This document shows positions 1-11,200 of a stretch of DNA of 64,000 nucleotides, piece after piece. Below the pieces are notes generated by a model. That model was not told where the DNA came from. It was given only the letters and a program-made list of their open reading frames with translations, and ran no database searches. Positions within the stretch are counted from its first letter, which is position 1. Each line of letters opens with the position of its first letter. The stretch is from Octopus vulgaris (Eukaryota): the NCBI GenBank assembly GCA_951406725.2, contig OX597823.1, forward strand, positions 100,440,001 through 100,504,000, in the 5' to 3' direction. The position numbers and the translations under genes were made by a program.

Positions 1-1142
1 GTTTGCTGTGCTTGAGAAGACACACCAAGCATACAGGCATATTTTCTACATTACTCTCTCAGCAGAGAGATCCTAGTTTTGTAAGTTCATGGGTGCTGGT
101 GCCATGTTAAAAGCACCCAGTCCACACTCTGTTAAGTGGTTGGCATTAGGAAGGGCATCCAGCTGTAGAAACCATGCCAAAACAAACAAACGGAGTCTGG
201 GCAGCACTTCAGCTGACCAGATCCTGTCAAACTGTCCAACCCATAGCAACATGGAGGACACATGTTAAAAGAGGATGATTTTCTATGCTTGCATGGGTCA
301 GATATGAACATGTGGAGCTGAGTTTTCTATGGCTAATCTACCTGATATAACCCCCACTTGTGTCCAAGGCAGGAAGTAATCTCCCAGTCTACCAAACAAT
401 AAACAGCCCAGACATGTTTGTGTGAAGAACTGGAAACAAATGACACTATGGTCGAGCTTTTTGCTTTCAAAGATCTCAAAGCCTGGACATGCTCTCACAA
501 TGGACTGCAAGCAAACACCAGTAGCAAAGCCATTGTTTATATGTGTAGACAAAGGAAATACAAGCACACATGAACACACACAAACATACATGCACACGCA
601 TGTGTGTAATGGGTTTCTTTCAGTTTCCATCTATCAAATTCACTCACAAGGCTTTGGTTAACCTGGAGCTATAGTAGAAGACACTTGGCTGAGGTTCTTT
701 GCAATGGGACTAATCCCAAAACCATATGATTAGGAAAATATATAAGACACATATATATCACTTTTTTATATATACCACTTTTGTCAATGTATTTACTGAT
801 GTGTATGTATATATGTTTGTGTATATATATATATATATGAATGGCACAATCATATGTACCAACTTTTCAATAGTAATTTTTCACAACTTTGGGAATATCT
901 TTCCAATGATATTTATTATAATAATTAATCGAATATATAAAGCATAATTTTCAGGTAAGTTCTGTATTTTTATTATTAATTAAAAATATACTGTATATTG
1001 CTATTTGATATTTACATGTTCCAATGAATTGTTACTTTTGCCATAATTAACTCCATCCAATCAAATGGAGGTAACATCATTACTATTTTTGTTATTGGGT
1101 AACCATTAATTGGCTCATATTTTACAAATTTAAAGTGTTTAA

Positions 1143-1362
1143 CCCTTTAGTGTTCAGATTACTCTGTCAAATGTGATGTTTGGTTATTTAAAATGGTTTG
1201 AATTAATCATGCATTATCTTGTAGTTTAGAGATTTCAGTGATGTCATTTTTTAGTTTTAGAACGACATGGTAGGGCTGAGGTGAGAGGTGAGATCTGGTC
1301 AGTTTCAATATAAAACAGGTTAAATATTTTGGCCAGATATGGCCGGTTTGAATGCGAAAGGG
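1143..1362. mobile_element. piggyBac-like MITE
   Basis: TTAA|CCCTTT...AAAGGG|TTAA; related copies near 2190-2357, 36370-36580 and 37420-37605. Confidence 0.65.
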
Positions 1363-1557
1363 TTAAATAGCTAATTACATACTTAATGGTGCCTTTCAAA
1401 CTTCAAAGTTGAAATAATATTGTCTTGTCTTTAATTACTTAGTCTATTTCTGTAATGGTGTATTCATTCATTCCAACTGGCTAAAAATGATAGCTATGGT
1501 AAAATATAAAACCAGTTAATATACATAGTTCATAAAATTGCTGTAAATTCTTTGCAG

Positions 1558-1675
1558 TTACCTGGTTAAAAAACTGTATGCTTTTGTCCGTGGTGAATGT
1601 GCTGCTGATAACAGAGACAGTATAATAAATCATGAAGTTTTGGATGCTGGTCGCCTGTATTCCTTGGTACTTTTT
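1558..1675 (+). CDS. POLR1B: POLR1B exon ([28 protein letters not shown]...)
   Basis: tttgcag acceptor, gtaagt donor; matches the RPA2 KL-x-A...GEC..DN.D..N.EVL segment. Confidence 0.9.
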
Positions 1676-4600
1676 GTAAGTATTTCTGTAAATGTTTTAC
1701 CTTTTTACATGTTTCAGTCATTGGTCTGTGACCATGCCTCGAAGGGTTTGGTCAGGTTTTATTTTTTGAAATTTGATACTTTTCCTATTGGCCCCTTTTG
1801 CTGAACTGCAAACTTATAGGAATGTAAACAAATCAAAATACTGGATCTCAACCAGTGGCAGAGGGCACAAACAGAAAGATGGACAGACATACACACACGA
1901 TGGACTTTCACACTGTTTCTGCCTACTAAATTCACTCCCAATCCCAAAGCATTCGTCGGTCTGGGCTATAGTAGAAGACACTTGAACAAGGTGCTCTGCA
2001 GGTGGATTGAACTTAAAATCACATGGTTGCAAAATGAGCTTCTTAACCACACAGCCATGCCTCTGCCTGTATATTGACTTTATTTCAATTAATTTTGAAA
2101 TTCAATTAAATATCTTTATCATTAATAAGCTGGTGTTTAGAACATAAATTAACAAGAAATCTCAATGGAAGGTTTTCACTTAGATCACTTTTAGCATTCA
2201 GATTACTTTATCAAATCTATTCCTCTTGTTTTCAACTAACAATGTTTTATTTCTAGAAAGACATTGTAGGATGGGTGTGAGAGGCTGGATCTGACCAGTT
2301 TGAATGTAAAACAGAATGTTTGTGCTGGGTATGGCCAGTTTAAATGCTAAAATGTTAAAACAGGAAGTTTTTACCATAGAATGAGAGATGGCTGCAGGAT
2401 GTATGAAAAGGTTGACACCAGAAGGTTTAATTCTTCACTGCTCTTTAATGCATATTTCTGAATGACTTTGAAGCTCTGTACCATTTTCTTATCTCATTCT
2501 TTACAACCGAATTGATTCTCTATATCTGTGAATTCTATCTGTACAATATCATTTTTTGCTTATAATTTCATCTTTTAGATGAAATATCAAATAAAATGAA
2601 GCCTCTCAAATGCTAATTAAATTATTTTAGTTGGCTTCTGAAATTATCATCTCACTCCAAATGTTGCTTTCGGGATTTTGATTTCATTTTTGACTTCAAT
2701 CTGTAGGGGTGCTGTCTAATCCCAGGTCAGCCTTTATGAAGTAGAGTGTCATGGGTTTTTCTTTTTCAGACAGTGTAATAAGACTACGTTACCCAATATG
2801 TCTTTCCTTTCTTGAAATGGTAGACTGCATCGCTCTGATTTTTGGAACAGGTTGGGATTACTTGGTGGCCTCGCTATTGTGGGTGTCACAAAAACATATA
2901 TATATGATATATATATATTTCTACACACACACATAGATGTGTACTTTTACAGAATATGTGTATAAACTTTTCCAGTTTGTAGTTCTAATGTAATTCTTCA
3001 TTAATTTCCAGGACAATTTGTACAAATGGTTGCGAAGTATCCAATATGAAATCAACAAGTTGCTCTCTTCTAAAAGTTACACGACAATAACTCCTGGTAT
3101 TTTATCAATTTCTTTATTTTATACAACTTTCTATGTGTACTATTTTGAATGATTTAAGGATGGTGGAATGTCCATTCTGTAGGGTTTTGGACTAAATATC
3201 TAATCCTTTAGTTTTGCCCCCTGCTCTCGAAGTTCAGATTGGTTAACTTCTTGAATATGGATGTCTTGAAGCTGACCTTTGACCTTTTGAACAAAACAGA
3301 AATGATGAAATGACAGAGAATGGAAACCTCTTGCATATGACACACAATATATTTAATTATAAGCATTGTTTACTATGCTTAATTAATTAGACTTCATTAC
3401 CATTTTAGAGTATCTCTGTTTAATGATGGCTGATATAAATGTTGGTTGCTTTCTCCTCTCATGTTTTACACTATAGGGAGAGAGAGAACAAAAGAGCTAC
3501 AGAGAGAGTTAACATAGGAGGTGCAGGATGAGTGCACATACTTGGCTTGGCAGCAGGCAATGAATAAAAGAAAGCTGCACACACAAACACACACAGAGTA
3601 AGAAAGAGGGAGAGGCTCATAGAGCCAAGGGTGAGGAGAGGGAGTAAATGTGAGAATAGTTGTGAGAGGAGGAAAAATTAGTTTTATTTTTCGTGTAAGG
3701 TAATATATATATATACATATATATATAACAAAGTGAAGTTGTAAGGTACCGCACGAGTGGAATTATATATGAAAGAATGTTTGAAAATGAAATTTTAAAA
3801 GATATTTATTCACTTGACCGGTTTCACTTTTTTAGAAAAAGATTGTCAAAAGTAACATGTAAAAGCTTTGTTGTGTTAGGTACTGGTTGTCACAAAATAT
3901 TATTATCAAAGAATGTATATATATATATATACATTCTTTGATAATAATAAGAACATGTTAAAAACAGTTTACAAGGCAAAATCTTGAGAAAATATTAAAA
4001 AGTTCATTAAAATATTAGGCACAAAAAATTACAATACATATATATATTCTTTGATAATAATAAGAAAATGTTAAAAACAGTTTACAGAAAAAATCTTGAG
4101 AAATTATTATAAAGTTCATTAAAAATATCAGGATTTCATTAGAAATCATGTTTGTTTGGAAGTATCTATATATATAGAGAAAATTATACGTTCAAAAAGG
4201 TCATATTTTGGTAGTATATATATATACACAGGAGATATAACATGATTAGCATTAGATCTTCCTTCTGGCTCAACTTCTATCACTAAGTCTCTCTGTCTGT
4301 CTCTCTCTCTTACTATTTTTCTTTCCATTATCACCCTCTGCCCCCCCCCCCCCCGCTGTTTTCTCTCAGTCTCTCTATTACTACCCTCACAACAATAAAT
4401 CTGTTCTTCCCAGTTTGTATTCAGTACATTTTATTATGCCTCTGACAGGTTGTTTCTAACTACCTAAAGATTTTCCTCTCCCACTGAATACTTGTGTTTG
4501 ATGGTGTGTTATGTAACATATACACACGTGTGTTGAAACAGCTCTTTAGTTGTTTCTTAATATTCATAATATTGGGGGGAAAAAAAGAAATCAAACATAG

Positions 4601-4849
4601 AATTTTGCTGAACTACTTAACAGTTGATATGATAAGCAGCTGGATTGTGTTCATTAATATCTATAGCCATTTTAATCATCATTTAACGTCTGTTTTCCAT
4701 ATGTTGGCTGTGTGGTAAGTAGTTTGCTTCCCAACTATATGGTCCTGGGTTCAGTCCCACTGTGTGGCACTTTGGGCAAGTGTCTTCTATAGCTTCAAGC
4801 TGACCAAAGCCTTGTGAGTGGACTTGGTAGATGGAAACTGAAAGAAGCT

Positions 4850-4882
<33 letters not shown>

Positions 4883-5179
4883 CGTGAGTGTCTTTGAGTC
4901 TGTATTTGTCCCTCACCACTGGTGTGTTTATGTCCCTGTAAGTTTGTGGTTTGGCAAAAGAGACCAATAGAATAAGTACTGGGGTTGATCAGTTTGACTC
5001 AAATTCCTCAGGGCAATGTCCCAGCATGGCCACAATCTAATGACTGAAACAAGTAAAAGAATATACAGATCATCATCATGGGTTGGACAGTTTTTACTGA
5101 GGGCTGGCGAGCCAGAAGGTTGCACCAGGCTCCAATCCGATCTGGCAAAGTTTCTACAGCTGGATGCCCTTCCTATATA

Positions 5180-5230
<51 letters not shown>

Positions 5231-8200
5231 GTGTCACATAATTGGCACCCATGCTGGTGGCACATAAAAAGCATCTTTCAAGCGTTGAGCCTTATGGAGG
5301 CAATGTAGCCAGTGTCGCATGACTAGCACCCATGCTGGTGGCATGTAAAAAGCACCTTTCGAGTGCTGGGTCTCATGGAGGCAATGACAAAGGACCAAGA
5401 CCTTTGGCAATTTGCTGTGCTTGAGAAGGAAGATCCATCGAACCGAGTGGAATCGTAGTCATGGCAGTTGCTGGTGTCATGCAACTGGCACCCTTGCTAG
5501 GGGCATGTAAAAGCACCCATTGCACTCTCAGAGTGGTTAGTGTTAGGAAGGGCATCCAGCTGTAGGGACCATGCCAAATCAGGCTAGAGTCTGGTGTACC
5601 CCCTCAGCTTACTAGCCCTGGTCAAACCGTCCAACCCATGCCAGCATGGACAACGGATGATATATGTATATAGAAACACAAATACATCCATGCACGTCGT
5701 ATGTAAGGGAGATATTCAGTTCTTGCTCCATCTTGGCAGAATTAAAAGTTTCAATTTGAAATTGAAGAGCAAAGATGCAAAGAACAAACATTTTTTTTTT
5801 CTCATTATAACAGGGGTGAGGAAACCCATGCCTGCAGGCTGGTATACTTGTATGTACAAAATATAGTAAACCTTTCAGTTATAAAATATACACTATATTC
5901 CTTTGTCCCTTTTTGACATAGGTCGCGTTTCTACTATGACTTAAAACAGATTCAAACAAGAAATCGTCTGGTAATTGCCATTGGAATGGAAATTTTGCTT
6001 TCACTATAAAACACATATTACTAGGTTTGTGCCACCCCCTTCAGACCCAACTACATTAGCTGGAAAATATAGAATACTTCATAAGTAATATAAATGTCCG
6101 AAATTCAGTGGCAACGTTAATGAAAATGTTAGACGTTAATTTAATATATATCAAATTATACTTAGAAGATACATACAAGGTTTACACAGATGTAAGAGTT
6201 AGAACTTGTGATCTGCTCGACGACCTTTCTCTTTGGAAATCTTTGCCCCCCCCCCCCCAAAGTTCCCCCACCATTGCATTATAGAGATCTTAAAATTGTC
6301 AGCATGACATAATGTGCTTTTGTAAAAAGTGAATTGATTATGCATCAGTTTCAATGGTCATATTCCAGTCGTTTGATCAATGGTACTCCCTATTCAATGA
6401 ATATAATGCTTGTGGCTGAGTGTAACCTTCATAATGACTTATGTGAACCTATTTGACAAGGCTGGCTCTTTGAATTACAAGTACAGAAGGTTCCTGAACT
6501 TCACCTGTTGAGATGAGAAAATAAGTTGATCTATAATTATTTTAATTCTGTTTCTTCTTTTGCATCTGAAGTGTGAAACTGTTTGGAAGCCCTTCAACAT
6601 CAGAAGGGTTTCCACATTGTCTGATTTCACTCAAAGGTTTCGATTCAGCCAATGTTAAGAAGATCCTTTTCCAAAGTGCCACTTACTGAGTTCATTCCAC
6701 TCAAGATATCCTGATTGTGAAAACAATGTTTTACACATCCGCCCATGTCAACACCTTCTATGATCCGTGTGCATATGTTCGCATTTATGAAGTTTTTGTT
6801 TTTCTTACTTTTTAAAGATATTTTGAATGAAGCCATTAGGAGGAGAAAAACAATAGTAAGCTATGCATTGAATTATTTAATGGCTACTGGTAATGTTTCT
6901 GCTCAATCCAGTGCACCTTTATGGCAGGTATGTGTCTTATATTTTTGTCTATGATATGTAAACTGAATCTTACTTAAAAGCAAATTTCTACAGTCCTTTT
7001 TGCTAACACCATTGCGATCACCGTTTAATATGCAGTTTTTCATGCTTGTATGGGTTATACAGAAACTGTTGAGGCATGTTTTCTATGACTGGATGCCCTT
7101 CCTGCCACCAACTCTCACCTGTTTTCAAGCAAGGTAATATTTCCCTGTGGCTCGATAAGTGGTCCATGGAAGAGTGGAAACAAATGACATGGCTAGTATG
7201 ATGGTGATACTTGTTTACAACTATCATGCAATGTAAACACAAGGAGGCATAAGCACACACATATATACATACAAATATATATATGTGCATGCATGGTTGA
7301 TGGAAACCAAAGGAAGCCTGTTGCGTGCATGCATAAATATGCACTTAATGTATTGATGGGCTTTCTTTAATTTCTGTCTACCAAATCTATTAAGAGCGAC
7401 TTGGTCAAATTCAGGCTAGAGTAGTAGCACTCTGTGTCCAAGGTGGCACACAGTAAGACCAAAGCTGAAATCACATAGTTTAGTAGTAAACTTGGATCTT
7501 TACCCTTTGAACGGCAGATCGAGAAATCAATTTTTTGTAACTAAACACTTCCAAACTTCGGACACTGGTAGAATGTGTCATATAAAACATCTTTTACTCT
7601 TAGCATTTTTGCAAAAAACATATTTTCAAAGTTATTTTGTGTTAAAGTTGTCATACTTTGGTAATTTCAACCAACCAATGACGTGTGTTCAGCTGAATAA
7701 AATTACTGCCGTTGTTTGTCATCAAGAGCTATCAGCAGTGTATATTTCGTTTGTCATTTATGACATCATTCATGCATTTGAACTGGTTTTAGCTTTAAAG
7801 TTTTAGGGTTAGAGTTAGAGTTTCGGAAAAAAGTGAAAATTGAAGAAATTGGAGAGGGAGAGAAGCAAAAAAGTTTTTCCGAAAATAGTAGCTGTAAAAC
7901 TGGAAAAAAAAAGAACTAAAAGCAGTAGAAATGCACGAACGATTGTGGTAGTGCCATGAAGTAAACATGCTTCAGATAGACTCATTTATTCATACAAACA
8001 TAACGGAGATGAAATATGTCATAAACAACAGTGACAAACGAAATATACACAGCCGGAAGTTGTTGTTGACAAACAACAGCAGTAATTTTATTCAGCTGAA
8101 CACACGTCATTGGTTGGTTGAAATTACCGAAATACAACAACTTTAACATGAAATAACTTTGAAAATATAAGCTTTTCTCAACAACACTAAGAGTAAAAGA

Positions 8201-11200
8201 TGTTTTATATGACACATTCTACCAGTGTCCGAAGTTTGAAAGTGTTTAGTTATAAAAAATTAATTTCTCGATCTGCTGTTCAAAGGGTAAAGATCCGTAA
8301 ACTTCAGCAGATTAATGATTTAGTGTCAGAAACTCGACTAAATGGTTACAGAGGCTATCATATAAAAGCACCTGTGGAGAACCATGTAAAAATACCCATT
8401 ATACTCTCTGAGTGGTTGTTGTTACGAAAGGCATCCAGCTGTAGAAACCATGCCAAATGCACCTCCAGCTTGCCAGCTTTGGTCAAGGCATCCAACCCAT
8501 GCCAACATGGACAACAGATGTTAAATGATGATGATGATGATGGTATTATGTCCAGGACACATTTTTAATAGTTTTTTTCCTTTCTTTTTGTGTAGAAAAC
8601 TGGTCTTTGTGTCATAGCTGAGCGATTGAATTACCACAGGTTTCTGTCACATTTTAGAGCTATTAACCGTGGTTCTAGCTTAAAAAAACATAGCATTGTT
8701 GGTGTACGCAAACTTTATCCAGAATCTTGGGGTAAGTTCTACCATTTTGCCAATAAAATGTTTTGATGGATTCCCATCAAGGCATATTTTGCAGTTTTCT
8801 TTTGAGTTGTCTTTGTTTTATTAAATGGATGCAAACCTACTGCTCATAATGTTTGTGCATGTATAAATGTGTGTGTGTGTGGTCATTTGTTTAATGTATG
8901 TTTTTCCATGCTAGCACAGGTTGGATAAGACATTATTTGAGGCCCTGTTTTTACAACTATATGCTCTTTTTGTTGCTAATTCTTGTCTGTTTTTTAAGAT
9001 ACAAGACTTCTAATTCTACTTCAAAAGTGCTAATCCACATGATAATTTGTTGACAGTAACAGTTAAAATAATGTCATTGGTTCGTTGTTTTTGCTGACAG
9101 TCCCATGTGAAAATGTTGTGGAATGGAAACATTTACACTCACATATGCACTCTCTCTCTCTCCCTCCTTCTCCCATCCCCAAAACATGACACTTCTGCCG
9201 CCATGTTTTACAGTAGGTGCTGTGCATTTGTCGCTATTATCTTCACCTGGTTGTTGCCATACTCATTTAATACCATCTGACCCAAACAAGTTAATTTTAG
9301 TCTCATCAGAAAATTGACTTCGATTCCAAAACTCCTTCCCCTTACTTGTTCTATATACTCTGGGAATGCATTAAAGCCCTTTGCGGGGTTACCTTATTTG
9401 AATTCTTATTATCAGGTAACTAATTTCATGTTATTATATAACTAACTTCACAATTTGGGTATTCATAACTTATTGGGAATTCCTAAAAACAAGACATGCA
9501 TAAGCTCGCAAGGAATGAAGCTTGTATGATCCGATGGATGAGTAATGTCAGTGTGCATACTCAACAGAGTGTAAGTACCTTGAGAGAAAAGTTGGACCTA
9601 AGAAACATCAGATGTGCTATGCAAGAGAGATGACTGTGCTGGTATGGCCATGTGGCGAGAATGGATGAGGATAGCTGTGTGAAAAAGTGCCACACCCTAG
9701 CGGTTGAGGGAACCTGTGGAAGAGGCAGACCCAGGAAAACCTGGGATGAAGTGGTGAAGCACGACCTTCGAACTTTAGGCCTCACCAATGAAATGGCTAG
9801 TGACCGAGACTTGGAAATATGCTGTGCTTGAGAAGACTCGGCAAAGCCCAAGTGAGACCATAACTTCGTGGCCTATGCCAGGGGCATAACCAGCCCACTT
9901 ATGTGTACCTTTTCCTTCTTTGGACACTAAACTCTGCTTGCGAAGACCTGTTAAGGCAAGTGAAATCAAAATCAAATTCGATGACTGGCATCCATGCTAG
10001 TGGGGTGCAAAGAGCACCGTATGAGTGTGATTGTTGACAGAGCGGCTAACCGGCTTTCGTGCCAGTGGCACATAAAAGGCACCATTCAAGTGTGATTGTT
10101 ACCAGCGTCGCCTTACTGGCACTTGTGCCCCGTGCTAGTAGGGTGCTAAGAGCATCATCCGAGCATGATCGTTGCCAGAGCAGCTAACTGGCTTCCGTGC
10201 CGGTGGCACGTAAAAGGCACCATTCGAGCATGATCGTTACCAGCATTGCCTTACTGGCATCTGTGCCGGTGACATGTGTAAAAAGATTTGGGCGAGGTCG
10301 TTGCCAGCACTGCCTGACTGGCCCCCATGCCGGTGGAATGTAAAAGCACCCACTACACTCTCGGAGTGGTTGTTGTTAGGAAGGGCATCCAGCTGTAGTA
10401 ACTCTGCCAGATCAAGATTGGAGCCTGGTGCAGCCATCTGGTTCGCCAGCCCTCAGTCAAATCGTCCAACCCATGCTAGCATGGAAAGCGGATGTTAAAC
10501 GATGATGATGATGAAGATCCTCTGTAAGACACAAAAACTGTTTTAACCCCTTACCCAACAATTATTTTGAAAATAAATGTATTTTTTCAGACATATTTTT
10601 TAATTGTTTTATTTTACTATGTTTTGAATGGTGATTTCGAGGTATATTTCAAACCTTATTTATTATGAATTTTAATTCAATAATATTGATTTTAAATTAC
10701 CGCTTTGGGCAGAAACGAGTTAACCCGTTTTTTTCATAAATCATATTACTTTTACAAAAAATCATGTTATTTGGTTATCTTATTTTCCAAATTTAGAATG
10801 AATGATCAAAACATGATTGTTTACTTCTGTTGATTTTATTACTTCAAAACTCTTCTGACGAACTTTCACTCTCATCAGATGTATCCAACCCTCCAAGAGA
10901 AGCTTCATAATCGCTATTATCATCAGAGCTCGACATGGTGGGGTTATAATATAAAGGTATAAAAAAAACAACGTAAAAACAAAGTGAATACTTCTATTCA
11001 TAAAATGTGCCTTCCAACCCTTCGACTGTCTCCAGGTGACTAAATCATACTCGGTCTTCAATGCCTTACTCAAGCGAAAGTTGGCAGAAATCGTCACTGC
11101 CAGACGTATAAAGTGAGCAAAATATACTCGTATATGTCAAAAAAGAGTTTATAATAGACGAAGGAACTCGTTTGCTGTCGATTTTGGCGAGTCTATCTTT

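Noticed and set aside
9985-10345. CRISPR-like regularly spaced repeats
   Set aside because: The intervening segments are themselves homologous, the repeats are degenerate, they lie in an RTE 3' UTR, and no cas genes are present.
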